A DNA stretch of 64,000 bases from Phoronis australis (GCA_002633005.1 NMRA01000431.1:185733-249732), one strand, 5' to 3'; positions 1 to 14,834 are shown, numbered from the stretch's first letter. Made by a program: numbers and translations. Notes: a model not told the origin generated them from the sequence alone.

Positions 1-299
1 CGATATAGCCTCCCCATCCCCCAATGGTGCGCCGCCCATCATGGGCATGTAGGGATGATTTTGTATTTTTTGTGGCCATGGCTGTAGCTCCCTGATATCT
101 CTTCAGGATGTTTGAAAACTTTTGCATGTGTTTTACAACGGATGTGACAATGACTGTCCACGACTTTTTGGATAGCTTTGACTATAGCTGTGCCCCCTGG
201 TGGCAGTTTCATGTTCATAATTCCGCGAAGTTTTTGCATGAACTTAAGCAATTTCTATTGCAGAGGCAACAGCATCTTTCCATTTTGTGATGGATTTGA
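1..299 (+). repeat. Same repeat family, left part, interrupted by the LTR-like element
   Basis: gtgccccctggtggcag near 190; ends at gatggatttga, which continues at 1701 as in the unit at 48697-48742. Confidence 0.6.
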
Positions 300-1700
300 T
301 GTAACATGGAGAATTTCTCCCTTACACTGGTCACTGCTCTGATTCCCAAAGCCCCAGACAACTTATATGATCCCTTTTCAGCACGCCCTTTGTATTGATG
401 TAGATCTGAGCGAATGAAGTGGAAGGTAATAGCTAGCATTACTGTCTTAATAATGGTGGTCTTTGTTACATCCAAATTGTTTTTCTCTGGCATTTGCACC
501 AGTTAAAGCCTGTAATATGGAGAGCAGTTTCAACTTGGTTTAAATATTAGAAAAGACTTAATTTGCGTTGATCTTGACAAAGGGCCACTTCCCAAAAGAA
601 CGTTGGTTTTAAATATGTTTCATACCACTTTTCATTAGTCTTATTACTCCTGTCTACTTGTTTTTTTCTTACCGGGTAGGGTTGCTATCTTTTTACTTAG
701 TGCTTAAACGATGTATCAAAACAAAATAGAAGTCAGTTAACTGTGAACCCATCCCTAAATTTTCCAGATTACAGCTACACCGAACATGTCACAGCAAACA
801 AAACTACACGTGCCATTAGTTAAAGTTCAATTTTATTAGAACTCAAATCATAAAATATATACAAAAGTGCAAGTATGGTGATAACCAAACTGAAGATTTG
901 GAACCTCTGGACAATTCTGGTTGCAGTAACTACATAACTATTCTAGCTTTTCCTCAGTCATAAAAAATGAATTCACAGCTCTTGCCCACTGACCAACCTC
1001 ATCCACTGCTTGCACTCTCTTGTTGACTACAAAGCTAACCATCTTAGTTGTCTTCACAGGTGTTCCATTACGACTACAAGCTATCTATCGAAATATGCAT
1101 TTCCGCAAATAGCAGTTTTCCGGTTAGTGTACTACTCCTTGAGTAAAGTAGTTCGGCATGCACTGGGCCATAAGCAATGTTTTAGGAGTTATTGACATCT
1201 AATTTAGTCACTGTGTGTTGTTTATAGAATGTAGCTTAGTTGTATATTAAAAGAATAATCCACGTGATATTGTTAACTCTGATAAGCGTTTGTACATCAC
1301 CGAATATATCAATACGCACAGTCGTTTATCTTCAATCGTACCCAATGTTTGTAGTTTTTAGCTTAATGGTTCATCGATTTTGAAAAATCGAAAACCAAAC
1401 TTGGTTGTTTTTTCCATCTGAATACAGCTGTAGTATTTGTTTTTAACGAAAATTGTCGGTTAATGCATTTTGGAAATTCGCCAGTATGTACAGGACAGAT
1501 GTTTTTGACAGTTTATGGTTGGGTAATTACACTTAATTAGGTCTTACTCGCACTGGACAATGGGGTCATTGCAACTGAGTCCGACTCTGGCGCCGCGCTG
1601 TCTTTGATCGCAGTAAAAGCCGCTCAGAAAGACGAGCGGTGAAAAGTCACGCATATCTTTAGAAATGCGTGACTTTCGTGTATTCGTATTATTCACGGCA
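300..1700. mobile_element. ~1.4-kb interspersed element, candidate solo LTR, copy 1
   Basis: Aligns end to end with the reverse complement of 37779-39190 (2 mismatches in 84 nt near one end). Ends are TG...CACGGCA, with a 12-bp subterminal hairpin (aaagtcacgcat/atgcgtgacttt). It splits a unit of the older CTCF-motif repeat. Confidence 0.75.
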
Positions 1701-2200
1701 TGTTCTGCACCATCCTGTGGCCATTTTAAGTAATTTTTAGTCCGTGTTTTGCCATTAGCTTCTGTATCTGCCAAACTACTCAGAGGATCATTATGAAACT
1801 TGGCAGATGTGTTCCCAGTGTCAAGAACAGGACTACGGTGCTCTCAAGTAACATTATTTTCACATCTGTGACTGTATCTACTAAAAAGCCCTTGCAAGAT
1901 CACGATTTGGAAAGTCTATTCCTATTAACTTTACAAGGTATGGACAAATTTGATTACCACTATGCCTCCTAATGTCAGTTTGTTTTTTTGTTTATATCTA
2001 CCTCTGTATCTTTGGAGTTCTTTGGCTAATTTTCATGAAACTTGACAAGTAGTGTTGTTTTAGAGAGATGACGGCGCCTTCCTAATTTTTTGAGGGATTT
2101 GTCTTATTGTGCACCATCTAATGGCAGTTTTTATGATACTAAAAGCATTAGAAGCACGCCTCTCGTAGGCTCATTTCAATGCTCCACATTTCTCTTGCTA
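1701..2200 (+). repeat. Same repeat family, right part
   Basis: gcaccatcctgtggccatttt, gcctcctaatgtc, gcaccatctaatggc; its end (atttcaa..ctcttg) resembles 48797-48823. Confidence 0.65.
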
Positions 2201-4482
2201 AATTTTACGAACTCTATATGTACTACAAAAATAGGAATGGCCAACCTTGAAAGGTGGAACAATAAGATTTTATGGACCAACCTGAGGGTAGGATGGAGAG
2301 ACAGACTTGTTTGTAGATTTACATGAATTAATGTTAACAAATAAATGAATTAGACTTTTCGAATATGGAATACCATTTTGATTCTTTAACTCGCTTTCTG
2401 TAAATACCACTGAATTTACAAGGACGATTTTCATTTTTGCGAACTGTTACTTGGACTTTACAATTGCTACATTGCAGAGTCATTACGTAGAAAATTTAAT
2501 GCATTGTCTCAAGAGAGGGATATTAAATTATGTGTACTCTTGTTATTTTACAAACAGCACTGTCAATTTCAACTCAGTTACTTGTTCCTTTTAAATGAAG
2601 ATTCCCCTCACTTGAACATTCTCCCCATTTGAAGATTTCCCCCACTTGAAGATTACCCTCGCTTGAAGATTCCCATTGCTTGATGGTTACCCTCCCTTCC
2701 TCGCTTGAAGATTCCCATTGCTTGAAGGTTACCCTCCCTTGAAGATTCCCCTCACTTGAAACTCATTTCTGCCTTCACTGTGCTGAGTGGCGTCATTGTT
2801 GATGACCTGCTAATTAACCCACCAGGAACAAGATGCAGTTGATGATTACCAAGCGTGATGTAATGTTTGTTTTCAGAACCCTGCTGTGTGTTTATATTCT
2901 AATTACCATGTATATAGATTCCTGGGGAAACACTCTGCTTTGTGAGGTGAGATTTGTATTAAGTTCTTTCAGGGTTACATCAAAGATACACATACAAAAT
3001 AGTCACCTGGTTTGCAAAGCAGCTTTTGATCAGTTCATGAAATTTTGCAGACATGTTACTATCATGGATCCGATGGCACAAGTTGAGTACTGGTGTACCC
3101 CTAGTGGCAGTTTTAGTTTTTACATTTACCTCAGTCTATCCTTTTGCCATCTCAATGAAATTGGCCATCTGGGGTAAGTCGAACATGTGGCGATTTTGTA
3201 CAAAAACATGCGTTGACTGAAACACTATACACAAGGTTATTACTCGCATTGCACAATGCTTGCTTTCCACTGTTTTTCCCATGTTTTACATTTGCTGAGA
3301 ACTGTCAGGCGTGGTGAGGAAAGCAACCATTGCTTGATGTTACCTTTACTAAAAATACAGACCTGTCTGTATATCATGGGACATTTTCCCCTGCATTGAT
3401 TACTCTTCTCCAGATTGTATTTGCCATCCATGCAAAAATATATAGTAACGTGAATGATTCAGCAACAGTCCCTCATCTTGGATCTGTAGTCACTTCCATA
3501 GGAATGGTAGACAGCATTTATAGAGAGTACCATTGGACATCGCATTTGCTCAATTGGATGTTGGGTCGTTTACTGTCCCTTTCTAATGTTGCTTAGGTAG
3601 TTAACACCAACCAGAGAAACAGTAATTGATGTGGAAAAGTGTATCCAAGATAACCAGGAATCTTCTAGTTTTAGTAAATGTAACTAAAAATGGTTGGTTT
3701 TCCATTTAACTTCTACTAAGTTTAGTTATCAGCATAAAATACTTGACAATCTCTGCAAATAGTTTTAGACAATGTTGTATGCCACTGGCAGGTAGTAATT
3801 ATTGCACCATCAATTCTGCTTCAGGGTGACACCTATCCTATTACAAATGAGAACTTTTTTGATGGCAAGTTTTCTAGAGATATTGAACATGTTCACAATC
3901 TGCTGAGGTTAACCACAAGTGCATATTAGTATGATATTAGGGGATGTGCCTACTAGGTGATCAATGGCTACCATTGAAAATATGAGAAATTGTTAGTTGT
4001 ATAAACATTATCTATAATATGCAAATTGCTGTGTTTACCTTCAAATGTATTTCTTTGTTAAAAGACAGAAAGCATATGTATTTCTGGTCCTTTGTTTTGA
4101 AAATGAATGCGATGCATGTGGTGTTTATTTTTTTTAAAAACCAGAATTAACCTGATATCAGCTTTTAAGTAATCATGCTCAGCTTCAGACTGATGCTGTT
4201 ACAGACAAGAAGTCAAGTGCTTTTTGGCAATAAAACACTCAGATAAATAGCAAAGCTGTTCATCAGTGAAATCTCAACTCAAAAAAATGAAATGTATGCT
4301 GTAATCGGAAACTCAATTCACCTGGATTGAGTCTAAATAATTTATGTGATAAGGACATTCTTTGTGTGTTGTTTTGAACTAAACAATATTTGGATATTGG
4401 GACCTACTGTTTGTGTGAATTGGCAGAGTAATGATATAGCAAAACAGTAATGGGGCAAAGTGCCATTATGATTGACAACAAA

Positions 4483-4633
4483 CCATTGGCAACGAGCCAT
4501 TGGCAACGAGCCATTGGCAACGAGCCATTGGCAACGAGCCATTGGCAACGAGCCATTGGCAACGAGCCATTGGCAACGAGCCATTGGCAACGAGCCATTG
4601 GCAACGAGCCATTGGCAACGAGCCATTGGCAAC
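4483..4633. repeat. Perfect 14-bp minisatellite (CCATTGGCAACGAG), about 10.8 copies
   Basis: Direct reading. Confidence 0.97.
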
Positions 4634-7600
4634 AAGCACTGTTATGTTAACAGCAAAGGAATTAAAAGGATTGATAATGACCTGCAAGTACAGAATGAAT
4701 GAGCCACCTTATTGACCTCCTTGTGAATTGTTCTTCATTCGGGGGAAGGCTCCTCACCATGAATTTAGCTTCATTTTGGCTTGTACTGTATGGGAAAAAG
4801 GAAGTTCTGTGTAATGTGTTCCAGCGAGAGACCAGTTGAATTATGATGCTACCTGTCTGTTATTTTGAAGATAGTATATACAGTTCATTTATTTGGTCAT
4901 TGATCTCTGTCACCTGCCTGGTGAGGTGTGCATTACCCTCTTGTTTGGAGCTTTGTGGGATAAAGCAATCAAGGAGGTGCCATAAACTAGTAAACCTTAT
5001 TATTCCAAATGGTTAATATGGGACTTTGCTATGTGATGTCATGCCCTCAGGCATTTGAAATGTATGTGCAGGTGGGGAGGTAGTGACTGACTGACTAAAG
5101 GTCCCATGAGATTACCCACAGGTAATAAACAGAGTTATTGTATTTTACTTCCTACTTAGGCTTGTTACTTGTACACAAGACTGGTGAATTTCTTTCTGTA
5201 ATTTCAAAAACCACTGTGATCCCTGCTGTTGGGAAGCCTTTGCTTTTCAGTATTCTGTGATTTACAAAAAGCACAAATTGTGGTTAATGCTCACCATCTG
5301 TTTCACATTAAGATGTTGCTAAGTGAAATGATGTGATGTCAGTAAGGCACTTTTTATTGAAGCATCTTCATTAAGAAATAGCCAGTGTTTGCTTGTGTCT
5401 TGTGTGGCTTTGATGGTTGGCGTGTACCTTCATGTGTGCATGGTAGTTAATGGTAAGGCCAATAACTAGAGTGGGGGGACTGATGCATACTCACCTATTT
5501 AAAAAGTGGACTGGAAAAAGAGTACTCACCATTGTAGGTAGCTTTCATGAAAAAGTCGCCTTTTCATGAGGTGTTGTTCCAGAAGCACCAACTGTTTGTA
5601 GGGGTTTGTTACATAAACCTAACCCTTTCATAGAGATTGAATTTTAAGCCATTAAGCTGAAACAGTACAAGAAAAGATGTCATGTTGTCAAAACCACAAT
5701 AAAAGATTAAACATTAAAACATAAAAACTGCTCAGTAGATTTGAGTAGTTGGAAAAGTGTGCTTTTGTAGAGTTCCTAAGTACAAAATGAATTGTTTTGC
5801 TAGGAATGTTGTCATAATAAGCACCCTGTATTGTGGAATTTTGTCAGAAAAGGCACCTTTTCGTAGTGAAATTAGACATGAAAAGCCCCCCCCCACCGAG
5901 TACCTCTCCCCAGGCCAGGTGGCAAGGATGCTTTTGGTAGTGAAAGTCTGGCCTCCTTGGGAAGTTGACAAGTCTCAAGTGTTAAGGAAGAAATGGGGAT
6001 ACTAGATGGAAAATAAAAAAGTTAAGTATTGTTTTGTGATGGTTATTAATAAAATGATTCTTTATTATTTTCAACAAAAATCCGGTTGTATATCTTGTGC
6101 AGAGTTTGTCAGAGAGCTGGAAACTGCCCTTCAGTAAAGTATGCCAAACACAAGCAGTGAAATGATAGTGCTTGTTGAGCCTTGTATCACTTGCTGGCTG
6201 TGTTGATACAAGACCCCATCATGTCAGCAGGTTCTGTCTTCATCGTTTACTCTACACATCAATCTTAACTGACTTCTGACTGATATGTTGTTAAGTACTA
6301 ATGTCTTGGAACTTTCAGTCTACCTATGTTATAGTTGATATCACAACTTATATCTCTGGTGAATCTAGGACATCAAGAGGGAGCCCAACTTTGGCCACAA
6401 CCTCCAAGTCTGATGTTCCATTAACCCTAGTAAAATTGGCTATTTTTTGGTTATGCCTCCGCCTAAATATGTCTGTGTAGTGTCTGTGGTGTAACCAAGA
6501 TTTAACACTTGTGCTTATTGTGCAGCAGTCTATTTTATTTTTATTAAAACTACATCAACACATCAAATATGTAGCATGTATTTTACTTACATTGTCTTGA
6601 AATATTGTGGAAGTCTGAGTTTGTTGACTTAAGGAATAATCACAAGGTGATTGATCCAAATTTAAATTTTCCCTTTGAAATAGCACTTGAATCTAGGAGT
6701 AAATTGAACTCCTCACAAAATTCCCAAGCACTGTTTTCCCAGGGTACGGTACACCTGTATCTACACCGGCTTAGCTGTGTCTGAGTGCCTTAACTGTGTT
6801 GGACAACTCAAAGGTAGAGGAGCATGTGTGTTGATAATTCAAAAACCTCCCTGAGTATTTTCTTAACCTTTTTACATTCAAACAAGCGGAGTCTATCAGT
6901 GATGGTGTTGTTACTATTCTATGTGAACCAACCTACCATCTGTCAGTGGTCAATGACTTCAAAGATGTCATCATTCTGCTTATAGCCTTCAGCTTACCTC
7001 AAGTCTTAGGGCCTTCAGCAACCAAATATGAAACTCCTATTTTGACAAAAGCCAATTTAATGGTTGAGGTTCCTTGTAGGAATTGGGGAAAATCTGAATG
7101 TAACAAAGTCTGTTGTCGTGTGATTCTGAATACCCACTGTGGTTTTTAGAAACTGTAATTAGTTTTTTAATTATTTAGTATATTTCTTTAGCTAATTAGC
7201 TGTGTCATTGCCAAAAACAACTTGACTTTATTGTTAAAACAGGTAATCGTAACAGAAATTTTCTGCAACTCCCCAGCAAAAAGGATTTTTTTGGAGGGGG
7301 GGCATCAGGTTTTCTTTTGCAATGGACCTAGATGAGGCCAATTGTAAAGTTTTAAGGAATCAAATTCAGAAATTGGTTTTTAACATCATTAAAAACAGGT
7401 GCTGAACAAAACCATACAACAGTATAGAATGGATTGTTCACTCTTTTGGCTGTTTGATGGTCATTTGGTTGTTTGATGGTCATTTGGTTGTGTCCCTCAA
7501 CAAGTGGCTATTGACATGGATGAACGTGCTAAGTGGGTAGGCTTTATACCAGTTTACCTCACTTTCTGTCACTTGGCTTGGCATCATTGCACTGTACAAT

Positions 7601-9189
7601 GGCCTGAGAGCCATTTAGCAATTCATAACCGGCAATTTCAAGCTGCTGAGGCCTGAGATTGGTTGTGCTGTGATTGGAGATTGACCAATCATGTTTTGAG
7701 TTCTGTGGACTGCAACACATTAGGTTTTCACTTGTGGCGAAAAGTCTTCCCTCATGGAACGCAAATGGTTTATAAAATTCCACAATTTAGCACTCTTTTC
7801 TCGCCGACTGATTACTTCAATGACCACCGCCATTGTGTTAGGATAGGCTAGTAAGCTCCCGCACATACTCACGAAACACTTGCTTTTCATTCACCTGATT
7901 TTCTGTGGTTTTGCAAGATCTCACTTTTTTGCTAGAAACTGGGTTTACTTAACGGTCTCCTGGTGTATTTACAATAATTGGGAGACTGAAAAATCGCATG
8001 GGGGATAATTATATGAATTTATGAAATATATAATTGATCACAATTTCACTGTTACTGGTTTGTGTTGAGAACCGAATTATTACTTAAGGTGGGCAATGGC
8101 TGTGGTGGAAATGAAAGTTTGCTAGAAAAATATATTGATATGTATTAAAACACTTGAATGCTTGCTTAGGTTTGTAAATGCTGTCAGTATTTAATTTCAG
8201 TTTAATAAATTTTCTGATCAGACTATGAAGTTATTAGCAGTGAGGGTATCCTTCAGTTGTGTGGAATAACCCTAGTACATGTGTTATGAGTTGAGCAGTC
8301 TACTTTTGGATCATCTTACAACTGTGTGTTCAGTGTTATAGTGCTGATAGAAGGAAAGCCAGTTCCCACCATAAAACCCTGTGGATGGGGTCATGGGGTC
8401 ATCGCAGGTAACTACAAAAATAAGCTGTTTGTTTTGTGCCTATTTCTGTACGAGATCCGTTGTCATGCATTGCTCATCTGCTGGCATTTCTGTGAATTAT
8501 TGGGGTCATTTTTGTATCGCATGTATACTCTTCGTAAAAACAATCCCTAGCCTGTTACAAGTGAGGTTTAAAATAGGTGTGATGTGAAGACATTTTAATG
8601 TTTATTTTCAAAATCCATTCTTCTAAATGTTGACACATAGAAATTGTTGTATTTGGTTTGAAAAACTTTGTCGTTATGCCATTATATTTGTATTTAAAGA
8701 TTTGTCATTTCACAACCACACTAATAACTATTTACCATTTGTGTAGGAGAGTTGTAGTTTGACAGTATGCAAGATAGTCCCAGAACTGCTGAGAATCTCT
8801 GCTCATAAGCTGTTAACTGCTTTCACCATGTACTTGAGCTGATAAGTTTTTGTTTTTTTAGTGAGTGATTTGTACCAACAAGACAAGGGCATAACAGTCT
8901 TATGATATTAGTCCCTGTGCCTGTGTCTGTACCTGATAATAACTGAAAATCATTGTTACATGCTGTGTTACTTTCCTGGTCTACATCTGTAGATGTCAAA
9001 TGCAGATTTTGATGGTAGAAATAGGTCTGATTTCCTTGCATACCTTTGGCAAAGTGAGAAACTGCATGCATTGTTGGTATGGAAATATTTTTAGTAATGA
9101 AGAGCAACAAGTCAAAATTGGTATTACGTATAACTTTCAGTTTTTTCCTAGTAGTGACCTTTTTTGGTCCCGAGGCAATAGCCATTTTC

Positions 9190-10025
9190 TATGGCGTGTT
9201 ATGTGTTGCAAAATTCAATGTTCAAAAAAATTAGGTTTGATGTAATTATATGTATTCGATATCTTATATTTATATTTGATCTTCTTATATTTATATTTGA
9301 TCTTATATTCAATGTTATCTACATTTATGTTTCATAACATTATATGTATTCAATGTTCATTACTATTGTATTAAATGTTTTGAAAATTTCTGTTCGATGT
9401 TCATATATGTATTCGATAATGTCACGTTTTCGTTCGATGTCTTCCGGTTATATTCGATAATGGAACTCTGGGTACATTGAAACGACGGCCGTGATTGGTC
9501 AGCTGTGTTGAGACGTTATTTACCCGTGTTCACAAATATCGATGAAATGGGCTAAGGAGGCACAGAACAGTTCTCACAGGGGTTTGCCTGTCAGAACACA
9601 CGTCAATGCACTCTTCACCCTTTCTTCACTTTGTCAAAAACTACATGCAAATAAGGAAGTGTTTTGAGTCATTTCACATCACAAGCCCTACGGATGAGCA
9701 CAGAAACTTTATTCTCTCTTGTATTTTTGACCCATTCACTCCCAGTGGAAACCAAGCTGAACTAAGAAAAATGAGGGCAAAAAAATGCAAAATCACCACT
9801 TTCCTGCCGATGCTCGACTAAAGCCAACATTAGAACATATAAAACGAAACATCGAACATATATACTAAGTTATCGCACATAAGTATTTTCATTATGGAAT
9901 TCAAATATTTTGACATCAAATGTACAAACTATCAGATCAAATATAAATATAAGGTTTCGAATACACATAATTACATCAAACCTAATATTTTGAACATTGA
10001 ATTTTGCAACACATAACACGCCATA
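9190..10025. mobile_element. MITE with long TIRs and TA flanks
   Basis: ta|tggcgtgttatgtgttgcaaaattcaatgttc ... gaacattgaattttgcaacacataacacgcca|ta; inverted match of about 90 bp or more. Confidence 0.85.
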
Positions 10026-10047
10026 ATTTTCTGGCAGTGTTAGTGCA

Positions 10048-10234
10048 TTGGCATAAGCTGTGTTGCTATAGGTACGTAGTTGGGCATAAACTGTGTTGCT
10101 ATAGGTACGTAGTTGGGCATAAACTGTGTTGCTATAGGTACGTAGTTGGGCATAAGCTGTGTTGCTATAGGTACGTAGTTGGGCATAAACTGTGTTGCTA
10201 TAGGTACGTAGTTGGGCATAAACTGTGTTGCTAT
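10048..10234. repeat. 33-bp minisatellite, about 5.6 copies
   Basis: ggcataaactgtgttgctataggtacgtagttg. Confidence 0.95.
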
Positions 10235-10487
10235 ATCAAAGTTGGGCAAATATTTTGTACACCCCATAATTCACATGTAGAGAATAAAGCTCCATAGTTT
10301 TACAGTATTTCTATAAATTCTTTGTGCAAACATCTCAAATGTCTCTAAATATGTCTAGGTAAAGAACTAACCTGGCCGATGTTGTGCCAACAACATTTTA
10401 AAGTTCATCGCATGCGTTTGCGATGTTGTGTTTTCTGTTTAATATCCAGAAAACCCTTCGTTTTTTATTGTTTGTAAACAACAAGAT

Positions 10488-10678
10488 TTACAGTATGGTA
10501 GAATAGATACAATACAGTGAAACATTACAGTATGGTAGAATAGATACAATACAGTGAAACATTACAGTATGGTAGAATAGATACAATACAGTGAAACACT
10601 ACAGTATGGTAGAATAGATACAATACAGTGAAACACTACAGTATGGTAGAATAGATACAATACAGTGAAACATTACAG
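10488..10678. repeat. 37-bp minisatellite, about 5 copies
   Basis: ttacagtatggtagaatagatacaatacagtgaaaca. Confidence 0.95.
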
Positions 10679-11809
10679 AGACACAAGCCCAAATGCAATG
10701 CCACACTTGAGTTTATAACCGCTTCAAAGTAGACATTGTTTGGTTCTCATTTCATTAAGGAAGTGCTTAGGTGTTGTGTAATTCATCTTTATTGTCTTTT
10801 GTACATTTACTGATGCCTTCATATTTGGAATGTTTTATGTTGAGTGTTTGGGAAGAAATGGTCACCTTGAACTGTACAGGCACAAGTAGTTGTGATAATT
10901 GTCCAATTTGTTATTAGCATTCACCAAATCATTGTCTTTAATCTTAGAACATGGCTTTAAAATTGTAATCTAGATTTTTCTGTTGTTGTGATTACAAACT
11001 GTGCCTGTAGAGACTGAAGAGAAGAGAGGACTACTATACCGTGGGAAATAATAGTCACATTCTTTTGCTGAGTACCTTCAAGTGGTGATAAGATAGAGAT
11101 AAGATTACAGGGGTCGCCCCCACGCTAACTAAACAACTTGGCAGTCAATCAGGCAGGCTAGTCATGATCTACCTTGATAGCACCTGTATGAGCAGGTAGA
11201 CATGTCACTCTTTATGGGTCATAATTGATGGTAGGTGTTGTGTTAGACTACTTGGGTCTAAGCACTGATAAGACATGATAAAGCACTGCCAGTCACTGAC
11301 ATGGTTCCAGGTTCTGTTGTGTGACCAGACTCATATCATCTTCCTATAGATCAATTATCATTTAAATTCTACTGTTGTTCAACTTCGCAAAATCCTATCA
11401 CTATACAAGTGTGACAGAGCCAGATTAGTGTTTCTTATGACCCTGAGCTATGTGGGAGGTGGAGTCCCAGGGTAATTTTTAGTTATTCTGCTAAATTTCG
11501 ATCAAGTTTTGTAAGACGCCCTTGTACCGGTGTTTCTGTTTACTAGTAAATACTGGTATTTTACTGCACTTTTTAAAGTCAGAACAGAATTTTTATCTCT
11601 TGGGACCAGCATATTATTTGAGCAATTAGATTGACTGTAACTAATGTATACACGAGCCAATTAAATGTTGGAAAATTTAGGCATTTGTTTCTCCATAAAC
11701 AATTGAGAGTAAAATGTATATTGGAAACTGAATGTCAGCATTTCAGAGGTGAGATAATGAAGTTGGATTGCATGCTGGCAGCACAGTAAGGATTTGTGGG
11801 AACTCATTC

Positions 11810-12291
11810 ACCTGTATATTTAGCCAAATATCTACAAAACGGAAAATTTCAACTCAATAAAAGTATATACTAACGTTCAAAATCTGTAGAATTTAATTAT
11901 TGAGTTTATACCAATGGGTTGTTGTACCACTTGACCATGTCTTTTTAGTAAAATTTAGCAAAACACAACAATACCAATAACATGACGAAAAGTTCATTTG
12001 ATGTAAATTTCAAGATGAAAACTCAAAAATGCTGTTACAGTTTTGTAAATTATCGTTTCCTTTTATGCAACTTTTGACCTGTTTTCATACAAATCTGATA
12101 AAAGTCCTATTTTTGAGCACCCCTCGTGTAAAAGTGGAAAATTGTAAAAACAATTTCCTAAGAGCTTTTTGAAGACCAAGTTGCATAATGCATCGTATAT
12201 GAAAGCTTCATACAAATACAACCAGCCATTTCTCATAATGTTCCCAAGTAGTCAAATTCGGCCATTTTTTGAGGGCCCTACATAACCTTAA
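11810..12291. mobile_element. Second copy of the TTAA-flanked element
   Basis: Shares ttagccaaatatc.acaaaac, aagtcctatttttga and cagccatttct; ends tacataaccttaa. A third, inverted fragment starts near 50177. Confidence 0.55.
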
Positions 12292-12414
12292 ACCAATGCT
12301 ATGCATTTTACTATTTGTTCATTATAATTGTTAAACCAATGCTATGCATTTTACTATTTATTCATTATAATTGTTAAACCAATGCTATGCATTTTACTGT
12401 TCGTTATAATTGTT
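12288..12414. repeat. 43-bp tandem repeat, about 3 copies
   Basis: ttaaaccaatgctatgcattttactattt.ttcattataattg. Confidence 0.9.
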
Positions 12415-14636
12415 TCAGCAAGATCCATACCATAACAGCTCTAAACTATCTGGAACCAGCGTCACCTGTGGTGTTGTATAAGTATTTTAAGTATTTTTAC
12501 AACCAACATGGGGCGCTGTATAATGCTCTCCTGATTTTTGTTCAGTGTTGAATTTCTTCGTGTCTGTTTCAATGCATAAGAGTTCATACATTTAAATATT
12601 TTTATTTAACTCGGATTGTTTTTGGCTAAATACAGATTAACTTCTGCCCCCCCCCCCCCCTTTGCTAAGTCAACACAAGCGTAATGCGTAAACGAATTAA
12701 CTTGGACCTCACTCGGTCCTGACTTATGCAATACTGAACTCGCACACTTTAAAGTGTACCATCTGACAGGTCATCATCGTTGCCTCAATTTTCATGAGAG
12801 AAAGTCAACTTTGAGTGACCCGATGAATTTCTTCAGGGACGGGATGATGCAGGTTTGACACTCACTGTAAATCCTGTGAACTTTGATGAGTCACATGGCT
12901 TTCTCACCAGCTCACTAGCGTCCAAGCTTTGAAACTTAAAATAATGTCATTTGGCAATGTTTTGGCACATGGCAGCAAATGTGATATTTGGATGAGTTTG
13001 AGTTGTCATTTCTCAGTTCAGAAATAAGTCACCCTTGTGCACAACCACAGGCATCACATGATCATGCGCTGTCAATCGAGCCCTCCTCCTTGGGTGGACA
13101 AACTAAATCAGGGTGATTGTTTGCTTAGTTGTCAGAAAAAAAAGCTTATTTTATTTATGATGTAAGTCCCAAGAATCTTCTGTTTCTGAGTTATAATGGG
13201 TTTCCATTATTTGAGTACTTGGAACTCATGAATTCAAGTGTGCTGAAACTCTGAGAAGTTGGATTGCGGTTCTAAAATGTCAAAAAAGGATTCATTGCAC
13301 TGAGTATCCACACAATGGTGGTACGACACCTGCACACTCAAATACGACACCAACACGACCCTGAGGACAATTGCGAATGCATTAAATTAGCTGGGCTAGA
13401 ACTAATCAAGTTTGAAAACTTTGATGAGGTCACTGCCTAGGAAGACACTGAAATTCCAATGCATTTTGATAAATTTTAATTCCTTTTTATTTTCATGTAT
13501 AGTTCATTGTAAACCTGAATGTGCACTGAATTACTCCCTGTCCGTAGCTTCCATGTTAACAGCGACAAAAAACGATAGCGTTTCAGTGATTGTTGAGAGG
13601 TGACGTGAACAAGTGGGACCTAAAATTATGCGAAAGAAATCACGCAAAACCATGGAGACTGAAACATTCTATTCGGATATGTTAAATTTGATATTTTCAT
13701 GACAAGTTCCATATTGAGCAATTCGTACCACGTCTTCCCATTTGCATGATGGTCAGTGCAGGTGTGTTGTCAGTATTTGTGTATTTAGCGGGTTTCATGT
13801 CAGATTTCTTTGAGTTGATGAAAACCACATCTACGTTTTGTTATACTAGACAGCCCTGCATCCTTGCAGTCTGTAAACCATCGTGAGAGGTGGACGTTAA
13901 GAGGCGAAGGTGGCTTGATACATGGCCTTCGTGGAGCTCTTGTCACTCAGGTCACTGGGATTAATGACTCGTACTATCTACTCAAATTAATGAGATGACA
14001 ACTTTGTTTTTGTGCAAGATTGCTTGGCAATTCTCTATCCATAAATGATGCTTTCCATGGTAGAAGTACACTCTCATGCTGCCAGGGGACAGCACATGTT
14101 GTTGGTTCCATATGACAGCTGTAGTGAGCATTAGTTTCACATCTGTGACTGGACAAACTCTTCTACACTGTATGTCCTTCACCATTATCAAGCAATAAAA
14201 GCACATTTCTTAAATGAAAGTAACTTGGGCAAAGTCTCGAGCTATTTAGTGTGTTTATGAAAATGTTCATAAGGTGCTGGTCACATTTTACTTTGCTGTG
14301 TTATTTTTGTTCCAAACACGTGTTTCTGCTACAGTGTGTACTAATGGTGCTCTTGTGAGTCTTCTTCGTTTGTTTCGCTATATACCTAGGGTTTAATCTC
14401 ACCTGTTTCGGACAAAATTAATTACCAAAAATTGATACTTTGTTTTCAAGAATGCTTACATTGTCTGAAAATGTCTAGTCGCACCGATAGTATTGAAGTT
14501 TGAAATGGTAAAGTATTTATTCATAATGCCTATCTATCCCTTGTGAAATGATGAAAAAATAAAATTTCTTAATCCTGCAGTTTTGTGTTCTAAACTGGTG
14601 CAATTTTACTGCACTTCCGTTTTGGAGCTTGTGCAC

Positions 14637-14761
14637 AGCATTTGGTTCACCGTAGCCATAATGTAATGTGCATGTACTCAGCATTTGGTTCACCGTAGCC
14701 ATAATGTAACGTGCATGTACTCAGCATTTGGTTCACCGTAGCCATAATGTGAAGTGCATGT
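14637..14761. repeat. 43-bp tandem repeat, about 3 copies
   Basis: agcatttggttcaccgtagccataatgtaa.gtgcatgtactc. Confidence 0.9.
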
Positions 14762-14834
14762 GCACTAAGTGAGGGAAACCAGTGTTAGTCACTTTGATCT
14801 GCTTTGGTTCATATAATTTTTTTATTGTTTTCAG

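Noticed and set aside
4342-4715. Six overlapping repetitive ORFs
   Set aside because: Produced by a stop-free 14-bp minisatellite; no splice or domain support.
10048-10678. 33- and 37-bp repeats as CRISPR arrays
   Set aside because: The units are head-to-tail with no unique spacers, no cas genes are present, and the context is a eukaryotic intron.
1-14834. Jagged signal-peptide exon and first C2 exon
   Set aside because: No FELQ/CC..C..FF.VCLK-like segment was found by eye; presumed upstream of the window.
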